Assembly (NCBI GenBank): GCA_037445695.1
Contig: JBBIKA010000003.1
Coordinates: forward strand, 1 to 58,433
Direction of reading: 5' to 3'
Length of the DNA stretch: 58,433 nucleotides
DNA from: Chloroflexota bacterium
Lineage (GTDB): Bacteria; Chloroflexota; Anaerolineae; CG2-30-64-16
The first letter of the stretch is position 1. Each line of letters opens with the position of its first letter. Both the position numbers and the translations under genes were made by a program. The notes beneath the pieces were generated by a model. It was not told the DNA's origin. It was given only the letters and a program-made list of their open reading frames with translations, and made no database searches. Below, in pieces: positions 19,479 to 28,585 of this stretch.

Positions 19479-20710
19479 CAGGTTCTCCGGCTGTAACGAT
19501 TGCGCAATAGGATCGCGGTCGCATTCATGGTGAGCAGGAGCGCCAACAACACCAGGCTGGCGGCCGCGGCCAGGTTGCGAAACTGCGGCTGCGGCCGGGC
19601 GGTCCATTGGTAGATCTGGATCGGCAGGGTGGTGAAGCGGGAGAACGGGCCGTTCGGATCTACGACGATGAACGTGGAAGCACCGACCACCACCAACGGC
19701 GCGGTCTCGCCGATGGCGCGCGAGATCGCCAGGATCGTGCCCGTCAGGATGCCCGGCAGCGCGGACGGCAACACGTGATGCCAGATCGTCTGCCACTGCG
19801 TCGCGCCCAGGCCATAGCTGGCCTGGCGCAGGGAACGCGGCACCGCCCGGATGGCCTCTTGCGCGTTGATGATGAGCAGCGGCAAGATCAGCAGGGCAAG
19901 CGTGAGGCCGGCCGACAGGATCGTCCGGCCGTTGGCCGTGGTCGGATCGGCCAGGCCGAACGCCGCGCCGCTGGTGAACGCCTCGGCCGCGCGCACGAAG
20001 ATCGCCAGGCCCAACATGCCGTAGATGATCGAAGGCACACCGGCCAGGTTGTTGATGTTCGTGCGAATCAGCCGCGTGATCCAATGGTCGCGCGCGTACT
20101 CCTCCAGGTAGATCGCCGCGGCCACGCCGAGCGGGAGCGCCACCGCGATCGCGACCAGAATCGTCCACAGCGACCCCAGGATCGCCGTGCGCACGCCGGC
20201 CAGCTCGGCCGCAGAGGATTGCGGATTGCGCAGAAAATCGGCCGTGACCCAGGAACGGAAGACCAGCCTGGCCTGCGGGAAATCGCGCGCCGCTTCCGCG
20301 ACGATGGCCTCACGGTTGAAGAGCGCCTGTGACAGGGGCCAGGTCTTCACGTAGCGCGGCTGAACCACCCGTTCGATCACCAGGGCATAGACGTTTTCGC
20401 GCGAACGGCCGGCGAACGGCTGTTCCGCATCGTAGCGTCGAAAAACGCCGGCCGATACGTGCGCCTTGAGGGTCTCGACCAGTTGCTCTTTGGAGAGCTG
20501 CTCCAGCGGCACACCGTCCACGGCTAAGCTTTCCGGTTCAATCTGGTTTTCCACCGCCACCAGCCCGAACGATTGGTTGATGATCGTGTAGAGCAACGTG
20601 ATCAGCGCGATCACGCCGACGATGGTGGCCGCCTGGAAGACGAGATGCCAGATCAGCGCGACGCGCCGACGTCGCATCAGGCCGGTCGTTTCTTGTGTCG
20701 CAGGGCTCAT
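19478..20710 (-). CDS. pstA: Phosphate ABC transporter permease PstA
   Basis: Long periplasmic N-loop plus an EAA-type permease core (...[15 protein letters not shown]...). ATG at 20710 has a GGAGA RBS. GTG 20737 is a less likely start. Confidence 0.9.
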   Translation of the reverse strand: MSPATQETTGLMRRRRVALIWHLVFQAATIVGVIALITLLYTIINQSFGLVAVENQIEPESLAVDGVPLEQLSKEQLVETLKAHVSAGVFRRYDAEQPFAGRSRENVYALVIERVVQPRYVKTWPLSQALFNREAIVAEAARDFPQARLVFRSWVTADFLRNPQSSAAELAGVRTAILGSLWTILVAIAVALPLGVAAAIYLEEYARDHWITRLIRTNINNLAGVPSIIYGMLGLAIFVRAAEAFTSGAAFGLADPTTANGRTILSAGLTLALLILPLLIINAQEAIRAVPRSLRQASYGLGATQWQTIWHHVLPSALPGILTGTILAISRAIGETAPLVVVGASTFIVVDPNGPFSRFTTLPIQIYQWTARPQPQFRNLAAAASLVLLALLLTMNATAILLRNRYSRRT

Positions 20711-20740
20711 TTTCACGTTTCTCCAGTAGGGAACCACTTA

Positions 20741-20842
20741 CCTCAACTCTCCCCCTGCCCCTTGCTCTCTCCTGGCCTTCGGCCAGGAGAGAGCAAGGGA
20801 AAATCATGGGCTTTGCGGGCGGCTTCGCCGCCCGCAAAGCCC
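20741..20842. repeat. Composite repeat filling the pstC-pstA spacer: family-C hairpin (19-bp perfect stem 20759-20777/20781-20799) plus family-B hairpin (16-bp perfect stem 20808-20823/20827-20842)
   Basis: Arms CCCTTGCTCTCTCCTGGCC/GGCCAGGAGAGAGCAAGGG and GGGCTTTGCGGGCGGC/GCCGCCCGCAAAGCCC were checked base by base. Confidence 0.9.
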
Positions 20843-20854
20843 ATTCCCATTCTA

Positions 20855-21826
20855 TTACTCGTACACCTCTCGATACCGTCCCACGATCCGCTGCGAGATC
20901 AGGTTGAGGCCCAGAGTGAGCAGAAAAAGAACCAGGCCGATGGCAAAGAGGCTATCGTAGTCCAGCGAGTCATAGCTCAGGTCGCCGCCGCTGATGCGCA
21001 CGATATGGCCGGTCATGGTCTCCGCGGCCTTGAACGGGTTGAGGGTGAAGTTCGGCCCGGCGCCCGCCGCGATGGCCACGATCATTGTCTCGCCGACGGC
21101 GCGGGAGACGCCGACGATCACCGCCGCCGCCAGGCCCGAAAGCGCGGCCGGCACCACCACCTTGAGCGCCACCTCCAGCCTGGTCGCGCCGAGGCCGTAA
21201 GCGGCCTCGCGCAGCGAGCGCGGCACCGCGCTGAGCGCGTCCTCGCTCATCGAGCTGATCAACGGCAGGATCAGGATCCCCATCACCAAGCCGGCCGATG
21301 CCGTGTTGTACACTTCGACGATGTCCAGGCCGAAGATGGCACGCAACAAGGGAGTCATGAAGGTAAGGGCGAAGTAGCCATAGACGACGGTCGGGATCCC
21401 CGCCAGTACCTCCATGATCGGCTTCAACGTATTGCGCGCCCTGGCCGAAGCATACTCGCTCAGATAGATCGCCACCCCCAGGCCCAGCGGCAAAGCCACG
21501 GCCATAGCGATCGTGCTGGTGAGCAGGGTAGCGGTCACCAGCGGCCAGATGCCGAACTGGCCGACGGCGGGCTGCCAGCGGGTGGTGAACAGAAACTCGC
21601 GCAGGGTCACCTCGGGCTTGCCGAAGAAGAGGAGCGCCTCACGGCCCAACACGACCACGATGCCGATGGTCGTGAAGGCCGAGAGCGCGGCACAGAGCGC
21701 CAGAAAGCCCCGGACCAAGGCCTCGCCGGGCCGTCGGCGTCGCGCCAGGAACCGCGGCGATGGCCCGGCAAGGCCGACCGCCTTAATGGAATCCCGTGCA
21801 GTCGCGATACCTATGCTATTGCTCAT
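20855..21826 (-). CDS. pstC: Phosphate ABC transporter permease PstC
   Basis: Polytopic permease with ...[15 protein letters not shown].... The ATG overlaps the pstS TGA (ATGA). Confidence 0.9.
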   Translation of the reverse strand: MSNSIGIATARDSIKAVGLAGPSPRFLARRRRPGEALVRGFLALCAALSAFTTIGIVVVLGREALLFFGKPEVTLREFLFTTRWQPAVGQFGIWPLVTATLLTSTIAMAVALPLGLGVAIYLSEYASARARNTLKPIMEVLAGIPTVVYGYFALTFMTPLLRAIFGLDIVEVYNTASAGLVMGILILPLISSMSEDALSAVPRSLREAAYGLGATRLEVALKVVVPAALSGLAAAVIVGVSRAVGETMIVAIAAGAGPNFTLNPFKAAETMTGHIVRISGGDLSYDSLDYDSLFAIGLVLFLLTLGLNLISQRIVGRYREVYE

Positions 21827-22917
21827 CTGATCATTGCCCTCAGCCAGTTCTGCTTAGCAGCGTCGAGCGCAGCCTGGCCGGCCGGGAAGTAACCGACCCG
21901 CCTGATCTCCTCGTTGACATACGTCAGGTAAAAGTTGATAAACGCAGCCACCTGGGACTTTTCGGCCATGATCTTCGCCGTAGAGTAGATGAAAAGCGGC
22001 CGGGCCAGCGGATACTTGCCTTCGTTCACGCTCTGCACGGTCGGCGCGATGCCGTTGATGGCGAGGGCCGTCAGCTTGCCCTGGTTCTCTTGGTAGTACG
22101 CGAAGCCGAAATAACCGATGGCGTAGGGACTCCCCTCGACCCCCTGCACGAGCACGTTATCGTCCTCGCTGAGCTGCAGGTTCTTCGCCTTGAGCAACGC
22201 CTCTTTGCCCCTCTCTTTGAACGCCGGCGTCATGACCGCCTCGAGGAAGTAATCGAAGGTACCGCTATCGGTGCCCGGGCTGAAGCGCAGGATGTTCTCC
22301 TTAGGCCAAGCCGGATTGACATCCGACCACTTTTCGGCCGTGTCGGAGAAGATCTTGGCCAGCTCCTCGAGGGTGACGCCCTTGAGGAAAGTGTTGTTCT
22401 TGCTGACCACGACCGCCAGCGCATCGGTGCCGACACGGAACTCGATCGGCTCGCGGCCGATCGCCTTGCAGGATTCGACCTCCGACGCCTTGATCGGCCG
22501 GCTGGCGTTGGCGATGTCGGTTTCGCCGGCCTTGCAGAAACGCTCGAAGCCGGCGCCCGTGCCGATGCTATCAATGGTGATGTTGCCTTTATACCCTTCG
22601 TCGCGAAAGCGTTCGGCGATGCGCTCGCTCAGCGGGAACACGGTCGAGCTGCCGGCCGTGCGGATGTCGCCCTTCACCTGAAGTGGATCCACCACGGGCA
22701 AGGTAACGCCGGTGGGGGCGGGCTGAGCGGCCGTCGAGCCCCCGCTTGTGGCCCCTCCCCCAACTTGGGGCGTGGGGCTAGAGAGGGGAGAGGTAGGGGC
22801 GGGTGTCGTGACGGCCGGCTGCGTCGCCTGCGGAGCCGGCACCGGAGTGGCGGCGGCCCCACAACCCGCAACGAGCAGGCCGGCCGCCAGCCAGACGATC
22901 AACCAACGGAAACGCAT
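21823..22917 (-). CDS. pstS: Phosphate-binding lipoprotein PstS
   Basis: ATG at 22917 is preceded by AAGGAGG. Lipobox LLVAGC, a long P/T/G linker, then [10 protein letters not shown]...GTGAGFERF...ASRPIK, typical of PstS. Confidence 0.9.
   Translation of the reverse strand: MRFRWLIVWLAAGLLVAGCGAAATPVPAPQATQPAVTTPAPTSPLSSPTPQVGGGATSGGSTAAQPAPTGVTLPVVDPLQVKGDIRTAGSSTVFPLSERIAERFRDEGYKGNITIDSIGTGAGFERFCKAGETDIANASRPIKASEVESCKAIGREPIEFRVGTDALAVVVSKNNTFLKGVTLEELAKIFSDTAEKWSDVNPAWPKENILRFSPGTDSGTFDYFLEAVMTPAFKERGKEALLKAKNLQLSEDDNVLVQGVEGSPYAIGYFGFAYYQENQGKLTALAINGIAPTVQSVNEGKYPLARPLFIYSTAKIMAEKSQVAAFINFYLTYVNEEIRRVGYFPAGQAALDAAKQNWLRAMIR
22751..22805. repeat. Family-C repeat element embedded in frame in the pstS linker
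   Basis: GCCCCTCCCCC-AACTT-GGGGCGTGGGGC followed by the GAGGGGAGAGGTAGGGGCGGGTG tail. On the coding strand it is translated as ...[22 protein letters not shown].... Confidence 0.65.
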
Positions 22918-22977
22918 GAATTTCCTCCTTGAGCCATGTGATCTCTGCCAAATCATCTCCAGTATCGCGCGGCCAAC

Positions 22978-23037
22978 TTAACCCCTGAATAAGGTCTCGT
23001 TAATATCCCGCGAAGGATCGGTTAAGATTTCTTTACC
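22978..23037. promoter_or_regulatory. Pho-box-like phased direct repeats (TTAAC / TTAAT / TTAAG at exact 22-bp spacing, weaker ATAAG / CGAAG / TTTAC at the 11-bp half-steps)
   Basis: TTAAC is at 22978, TTAAT at 23000 and TTAAG at 23022. The site lies in the 179-bp spacer between divergent pstS (start 22917) and the DapA-like gene (start 23097). Confidence 0.45.
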
Positions 23038-23096
23038 TCCGCATCGGCTTGACAAACTGACCCAATCATGATATGAGCTCGCCAGGAGGAATCGCC

Positions 23097-23996
23097 ATGA
23101 GCTCAACCTGGAGAGGCATTTTTCCCATTGTCGTCACCCCGTTTACGGCTGGCTACGAGCTCGACGAGCCGGGCCTGCGCCGCGTCGTGCGCTTCTGCCT
23201 TGAGGCCGGTGCGCGCGGTCTGGTCGGCCCGGCCAATGCCAGCGAGTTCGCCACCCTGTCGGACGACGAGCGCCGGCGCTGGATCGAGATCGTGGTGGGC
23301 GAGGCGGCCGGCCAGGTGCCCGTGGTGGCGGCTACCACCAGCGGCCACGCGTTGCCCGCCATAGCCCTCAGCCGCCATGCCCAGGCGGTCGGCGCGGCGG
23401 GTGTCATGGCCATGCCGCCCCACATCCTGCACCCTGACCCCGAAGGGTGCTATCGCTACTACCGCGCCCTATCTGACGCGCTGGAGGTCCCCATCATGGT
23501 GCAAAACTACATCGGTCCGGTGGGCACACCGATGAGCCCGGAGCTGCTGGCGCGCCTGTGCCGTGAGCTGCCGCACGTGGAATACATCAAAGAAGAGACG
23601 GTGCCCTCCCCGCGCATGATCGGCCAGACCATCGCCGCGGCCGGGCCGCATTGCAAGGGGATCTTCGGCGGCCAGGCCGGCCAATATCTGCTAGACGAGT
23701 TCCGGCGCGGCGCGGTCGGCAACATGCCCGCCTGCCAGACGACCGACCTGCTTCAGGATGTGTGGGACCTGTTGGAAGCCGGCGCAGAAAAAGCCGCGCG
23801 GGCGCGCTTCAACCGCATCTTGCCGCTGATCAACTACGAACGGCTCTACGGTGTGGCGCTCTACAAGGAAGTGCTCTACCGTCGCGGGGTCATCGCCTGC
23901 CGCGCCTGTCGCGCGCCGGGCAAAGAGCTGGACGACCAGGATCGCCTGGAGCTGGACGCCATCCTGGCCGACATCGAGCCGCTGTATCGGGTGTAG
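23097..23996 (+). CDS. Dihydrodipicolinate synthase/N-acetylneuraminate lyase family class I aldolase (probable 2-keto-3-deoxy-sugar-acid aldolase)
   Basis: GIFPIVVTPFT...LDE.GLRR...ATTSGH...; family-typical length of 299 aa. ATG at 23097 follows AGGAGG. Confidence 0.8.
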   Translation: MSSTWRGIFPIVVTPFTAGYELDEPGLRRVVRFCLEAGARGLVGPANASEFATLSDDERRRWIEIVVGEAAGQVPVVAATTSGHALPAIALSRHAQAVGAAGVMAMPPHILHPDPEGCYRYYRALSDALEVPIMVQNYIGPVGTPMSPELLARLCRELPHVEYIKEETVPSPRMIGQTIAAAGPHCKGIFGGQAGQYLLDEFRRGAVGNMPACQTTDLLQDVWDLLEAGAEKAARARFNRILPLINYERLYGVALYKEVLYRRGVIACRACRAPGKELDDQDRLELDAILADIEPLYRV

Positions 23997-24166
23997 TTTT
24001 GGATTGCGCCGCCGCAGCGGCGCTTTGGGATTGCATTGACTGCGGTCGTGCGCGCAGAAAAGCGGCGACATATCGCCGCAATCCAAAGCGGCGACATATC
24101 GCCGCAATCCAAAGCGGCGACATATCGCCGCAATCCAAAGCGGCGACATATCGCCGCAGTCCAAAG
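23997..24166. repeat. Family-A repeat array: one inverted variant unit (TTTGGATTGC-GCCGCCGCAGCGGCGC-TTTGGGATTGC) plus four tandem 26-bp units GCGGCGACATATCGCCGCAATCCAAA
   Basis: Units are at 24062-24087, 24088-24113, 24114-24139 and 24140-24165 (the last carries A>G). Each unit holds a 7-bp stem GCGGCGA/TCGCCGC with loop CATA. There are no spacers between units. Confidence 0.9.
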
Positions 24167-24193
24167 TTGTGCTGGCAGGAACGGAGCTTTATC

Positions 24194-25327
24194 ATGAAAA
24201 TCACCGAGCTGCGCACCTTCGTTGTCGGCAACCCGTGGAAGAACTGGGTCTTCGTCAAAGTCTATACCGATGAGGGGCTGGTGGGCGTGGGCGAGGCGAC
24301 CGGCGGCATGAGCGCCAAGCCGGCCGAGGCGCAGGTGCAGGAGCTGGCGCGCTTCGTCATTGGCGAAGATCCGTTGCAGCCGGAACGCCTCTGGCACAAG
24401 ATGTACAAAGGGCTGTTCCTGGGCGTCAACCACGCCATGAACGCCATCGAGATCGCCTGCTGGGACATCCTGGGCAAGAGCCTGGCCGCGCCCGTATGGA
24501 AGCTGCTCGGCGGCAAGCAGCGGCCCCGGCTGCGCGTCTACGCCAACGGGTGGTATCAGGGCCCGCGCGATCCGGGCTTCTTCGCGGAGGCGGCCGCCAA
24601 AGTCGTGGCAATGGGCTACACCGCGCTCAAGTTCGATCCGTTCGGGTCGGCCTACCGTTACCTGAGCCCGCCAGAGGAACGGCTCTCGCTCAAGATCGTG
24701 GCCGCGGTGCGCCGCGCCGTGGGCGACGACGTGGATCTCTGCATCGAAGGCCACGATCGCTTCAACGTCTCGACCGCCATCCGCATCGGCCGGGCGCTGG
24801 AAGAGTTTCATCCGCTGTGGTTTGAGACGCCCGTGATGTCTACCGACATCGCGGCTACGATCGAAGTGGCGCGGGCGGTTCCCGTGCCGGTGGCCACGGG
24901 CGAACGCTTCAACCGTCTGGCCCAGTTCCACGATCTGCTCGCCCAACGGGTGGTGGACATCGTCCAGCCGGAGACGCTGGCGATCGGCGGCATCGGCGGC
25001 GCGCGCAAGGCCGCGGCGCTGGCCGAGGCGGCCGAGGCGTTCGTGGCGCTGCACCAGGCGCAAAGCCCGCTCAACACGGCGATCAACGCCCACATCCACG
25101 CCAGCATCCCGAACTTCCTGATCCAGGAATGCTTCGACGACTTCCTGGTGCCGTGGGCGCGCGAGATCATGCACGGCGTGCCACCGGTCGTAGACGGCCA
25201 CGTCGAGCCATCTGATGCGCCCGGCCTCGGCGTGGAGCTGGACGAGGCCGAGATGGCCAAACACCCCTATGGCGCCGATTACTTCATGCGACTGTTCGAG
25301 GACGGCTGGGAGCTGCGACGACGTTAA
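24194..25327 (+). CDS. Enolase-superfamily (mandelate racemase/muconate lactonising enzyme family) sugar-acid dehydratase
   Basis: MKITELRTFVVGNPWKNWVFVKVYTDEGLVGVGEAT...IACWDILGK...LKFDPFG...IEGHDRF...ETP...ATGER... is the pattern typical of D-galactonate/mannonate-type dehydratases. The ORF extension back to 23651 runs through the repeat array. Confidence 0.85.
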   Translation: MKITELRTFVVGNPWKNWVFVKVYTDEGLVGVGEATGGMSAKPAEAQVQELARFVIGEDPLQPERLWHKMYKGLFLGVNHAMNAIEIACWDILGKSLAAPVWKLLGGKQRPRLRVYANGWYQGPRDPGFFAEAAAKVVAMGYTALKFDPFGSAYRYLSPPEERLSLKIVAAVRRAVGDDVDLCIEGHDRFNVSTAIRIGRALEEFHPLWFETPVMSTDIAATIEVARAVPVPVATGERFNRLAQFHDLLAQRVVDIVQPETLAIGGIGGARKAAALAEAAEAFVALHQAQSPLNTAINAHIHASIPNFLIQECFDDFLVPWAREIMHGVPPVVDGHVEPSDAPGLGVELDEAEMAKHPYGADYFMRLFEDGWELRRR

Positions 25328-25342
25328 ACAAGCGGGTCGGCG

Positions 25343-26470
25343 TCACCCGACGCAGGCGGCCGCCACCGCGCGCACCTGGTCATCGCTCAGCTCCGCGAAC
25401 ATCGGCAAGCTTAAGATCTCGGCCGCGGCCGCTTCAGTCTGAGACAGGTCGCCGGCGCACGGCAACCGGCCCGCGTAGGCCGGCTGCCGATGCACCGGCA
25501 CCGGATAGTGGATCAGCGTGCCGATCCCCCGCTCGTGCAAGCGCGCCTGGAAGGCCGCGCGGCGGCTGCTGCGCACCACGTACTGGTGATAGACGTGGCG
25601 CATGCCCGGCCGCTCGATCGGCAGGCGCAGGTCGCTCTCTTGTAACAGCTCCGTGTAGAGCCGCGCGGCGGCGCGGCGACGCTCGTTCTCGGCATCGAGG
25701 TGGCGCAGCTTCACCCGCAAGATCGCGGCCTGCAGCGTGTCCAGCCGGCTGTTCAGGCCGGGCAGGGCGCTCACGTAGCGCTCGCGCCAGCCGTACTCGC
25801 GCAACAGCCGCGCCCGTTCGGCCAGCTCGGCGTCGTTCGTGACCACCGCGCCGCCGTCGCCCAGCGCCCCCAGGTTCTTCGTCGGGTAGAAGCTGAACGC
25901 GGCCATGTCGCCGAAGGCGCCCGTCTTTCGGCCCGCGATGGCCGCGCCGTGCGCCTGCGCGCAATCTTCGATTACCCACAGATCGTAGCGCCGGGCGATC
26001 TCCAGGATGGCAACCATGTCGGCCGGGTGGCCGTAGAGGTGGACGGGGATGACCGCACCGCGCCGCGCGCCTTCGCCGCCGGCCGTCACGCGCTGCAGCG
26101 CGTCCTCCAGCCGCTGCGGATCCATCGTGAAGGTGGCCGGATCAATGTCCACCAGCACGGGGGTCGCGCCGGCCAGCTCGATCGCGGCGACCGTGGCCAC
26201 GGCCGTGTGGGAGACGGTGAAGACGTAGCTGCCCGGTCCGATGCCGCACGCGCGCAGCGCCAGGTGCAGCGCATCGGTGCCGCTGGCCACTCCGATCGCG
26301 TGGCCCACGGCCAGGTACGCGGCAAACTCGCGCTCGAACGCGGCGACCGGCTCGCCCAGGATGTAGCGGCCGGCCATCAGCACCTGGGCGATGGCCGCAT
26401 CAATCTCGGCCTTGTGCGCCAGATAGTTGGCGCGCGGATCGGTCTGTGGGATCATGGCGAACGTCCTCAT
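25343..26470 (-). CDS. DegT/DnrJ/EryC1/StrS-family PLP-dependent sugar aminotransferase (ArnB-like)
   Basis: ...[13 protein letters not shown]...[11 protein letters not shown]...[16 protein letters not shown]... ATG at 26470 overlaps the upstream SDR stop (ATGA). ATG 26455 is an alternative start. Confidence 0.9.
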   Translation of the reverse strand: MRTFAMIPQTDPRANYLAHKAEIDAAIAQVLMAGRYILGEPVAAFEREFAAYLAVGHAIGVASGTDALHLALRACGIGPGSYVFTVSHTAVATVAAIELAGATPVLVDIDPATFTMDPQRLEDALQRVTAGGEGARRGAVIPVHLYGHPADMVAILEIARRYDLWVIEDCAQAHGAAIAGRKTGAFGDMAAFSFYPTKNLGALGDGGAVVTNDAELAERARLLREYGWRERYVSALPGLNSRLDTLQAAILRVKLRHLDAENERRRAAARLYTELLQESDLRLPIERPGMRHVYHQYVVRSSRRAAFQARLHERGIGTLIHYPVPVHRQPAYAGRLPCAGDLSQTEAAAAEILSLPMFAELSDDQVRAVAAACVG

Positions 26471-27456
26471 ATGTAACGTGGCAGGTGCTCTCGATAGTAC
26501 GCCAGCGTGCGCGCCAGGCCCTCGCGCAGGGGCACCGTGGGCCGCCAGCCCAGCGTCTCCCGGATCAGACGGTCGTCGGCGTAATAGTCGCCGATGTCAA
26601 TCCGCTTGCGTTCGGCCGGAAAGCTACGCACGACAAAGCGGCCGCCGCCGTTGACCTCGACCAGCAGACGGGCCAGCGCCTCCAGGCTGATCACCTCGAG
26701 GCCGCCCAGGTTGAAGGCGCGGCCGTCGGCGCGCGCATCGGCCGCGGCCAACAGCAGCGCTGTCACCGCGTCGTCTACATAGGTAAAGTCGCGCAACTGG
26801 CCGCCCTCCCACACCTCGAACGGCCGGCCTTCGATCAGCAGCCGAATCCAGATGCCCAGAAAGGTCTGACGCGCATCCTTCACGCGCATCCGCGGGCCAT
26901 AGGTATTCGTCAGACGCAGGGCTGCCGCGCGCAGGCCGTAGACATTGTTGTAGAGGATGTGATACCACTCGCCGGCCATCTTGTTGATGCCGTTGACATC
27001 CACCGGCCGCAACAGATGCCCTTCGTCCACCGGCAGGCGCTCCGGCTTGCCGTAGATCTGCCGCGTGCTGGCGAAAACGATCTTGATGCCGGGATTGTGC
27101 TTGCGACACGCCTCCAAGATGGAGAGCTGCGCCCGACAATTGATCTCCAGATCGGTGTACGGATCCCGCATCGAATCGAGATGGCTGGTCTGGCCGGCCA
27201 GGTTGAAGAGATAGTCCTGCCCCTGCACCAGATGAGCCATGCTATGTTCGTCGCGCACATCCGAGATGTTGACCCGCACCCGCTCCTCGAGGCCGGCGAT
27301 GTTGAACAGATTGCCGCCGTACTGGGGGATCAGGCTATCCACCAGGGTCACGCTCGCGCCCAGCTCGACCAGGCGCCGGGCCAGGTTCGATCCGATGAAG
27401 CCGAGCCCGCCGGTGATCAGCACGCGGTGGCCCGCGAAGACTTGCGTCAGTTCCAT
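26467..27456 (-). CDS. Extended short-chain dehydrogenase/reductase (NAD-dependent sugar epimerase/dehydratase family)
   Basis: [14 protein letters not shown] Rossmann motif; ...FASTRQIYG...[12 protein letters not shown]...TNTYGPRM. By eye the usual YxxxK reads NGINK. Confidence 0.85.
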   Translation of the reverse strand: MELTQVFAGHRVLITGGLGFIGSNLARRLVELGASVTLVDSLIPQYGGNLFNIAGLEERVRVNISDVRDEHSMAHLVQGQDYLFNLAGQTSHLDSMRDPYTDLEINCRAQLSILEACRKHNPGIKIVFASTRQIYGKPERLPVDEGHLLRPVDVNGINKMAGEWYHILYNNVYGLRAAALRLTNTYGPRMRVKDARQTFLGIWIRLLIEGRPFEVWEGGQLRDFTYVDDAVTALLLAAADARADGRAFNLGGLEVISLEALARLLVEVNGGGRFVVRSFPAERKRIDIGDYYADDRLIRETLGWRPTVPLREGLARTLAYYREHLPRYI

Positions 27457-27511
27457 GGCCCCTATCATACCAAAAGCCCGCCGTAAAGCGCAATTGTGCT
27501 TTCGATGACCA

Positions 27512-27595
27512 GGGGCCATCCCCGAATGAGACACGAATACACGAATGGCCCGTTGCGTGATTCGTGCATTCGTGGTCGGATTCGGGGATGGCCCT
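27512..27595. repeat. Family-D nested hairpin (outer GGCCATCCCCGAAT/ATTCGGGGATGGCC; inner CACGAATACACGAAT/ATTCGTGCATTCGTG)
   Basis: Outer stem is a perfect 14 bp (27514-27527/27580-27593). The inner arms match the 15-bp hairpin at 57861-57903. The element lies between divergent gene starts. Confidence 0.85.
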
Positions 27596-27664
27596 CTAGC
27601 CCGCCACCCAAAGTCATATTTAGAATTGCTGGTTCTTTCGCTCCTTTCGCGTTTTTATATTACA

Positions 27665-28585
27665 ATGACGGCCATGCAAAACTCGTGGAAGACCTGGGCC
27701 CAGGCCGGCGTGCTGCTCGTCGCCGCCGGGTTCCTGGCCGCGCTCGTCATCGGCCAATGGACCACGCTGCGGACGTATGACTGGCAGATCGAGCCGGGCT
27801 GGGCGCTCCTGGCGCTGCTCGGCCTGGAGCTCACCTGGCTGTTCGAGCTGGACACCTGGCGCATGATCCTGGCCGGACTGGGTGGCCCGTTGCCCTATCG
27901 CACGGCCGCGCCGATCTGGTTCCTCAGCAACATTGTGCGCTACATCCCGGGCAACGTCTGGCAGTTCTTGGGCATGGCCGAGCTGGCGCACGACGAGGGC
28001 GTGCCGCGGCTCATCACCCTGACGAGCATCGTATTGCATCAGGTCATCTCGACCGCGGTGGGAGTGGTGCTGGCGGCGTGCTACTTCGCGCTCTTCGACG
28101 ACGGCGAGTGGCTGCGCTATCTGCGGCCGCTGCTGCTGATCGTACCGTTCGGCCTGCTCCTGCTTCAGCCGCGGCTCCTCGACATCGCGCTCAATTGGCT
28201 GTTGCGGCGGATGGGCCGTCCGGCCGTGCAGGTGGCCCTTTCGGGGCACCAGATCTGGCTGCTGATCGGCCGTTACTTCGTCGTCTGGACGCTGATGGGG
28301 CTCAGCTTCGCGGCGCTGGTGCGCGGCCTGACGCCGACCGGATGGCCCGCCGCGGGGTACCTGGTGGCAGCCTGGGCGGCCGCCTACGTCATCGGCTATC
28401 TGACCCTGCTCACGCCGGCCGGATTGGGAGTGCGCGAGGGTGCGTTGGCGCTCCTGCTCCTGCCGATCGCGCCGGCGGGGGTCGCCGCGGTGATCGCGAT
28501 CGCAGCTCGGCTATGGATGGTGGCCGGCGAGGTGCTGGGCGCAGGCGCAGCGTTGATCGTGCGAGGGCGAATGTGGCGCAGATAG
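27665..28585 (+). CDS. Flippase-like polytopic membrane protein (lysylphosphatidylglycerol-synthase transmembrane-domain family)
   Basis: Eight or so hydrophobic segments. ...FLSNIVRYIPGNVWQFLGM... and ...TPAGLGVREGAL... are motifs typical of this family. Confidence 0.75.
   Translation: MTAMQNSWKTWAQAGVLLVAAGFLAALVIGQWTTLRTYDWQIEPGWALLALLGLELTWLFELDTWRMILAGLGGPLPYRTAAPIWFLSNIVRYIPGNVWQFLGMAELAHDEGVPRLITLTSIVLHQVISTAVGVVLAACYFALFDDGEWLRYLRPLLLIVPFGLLLLQPRLLDIALNWLLRRMGRPAVQVALSGHQIWLLIGRYFVVWTLMGLSFAALVRGLTPTGWPAAGYLVAAWAAAYVIGYLTLLTPAGLGVREGALALLLLPIAPAGVAAVIAIAARLWMVAGEVLGAGAALIVRGRMWRR

Noticed and set aside
24062-24165. Possible CRISPR array (regularly repeated palindromic units)
   Set aside because: The 26-bp units are directly adjacent with no spacers, there are only four copies, no cas genes are present in the window, and single copies of the same family are dispersed elsewhere. 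It is a REP-like tandem array.
23651-24193. N-terminal extensions of listed ORFs (23651..25327, 28078..31146, 29982..33251, 37082..37864, 39365..41926, 16497..17066)
   Set aside because: The extensions overlap upstream genes or run through repeat elements (translations such as IQSGDISPQSKAATYRRSPK). They lack an RBS, whereas internal starts with good RBS or stop-start coupling give family-typical N-termini.
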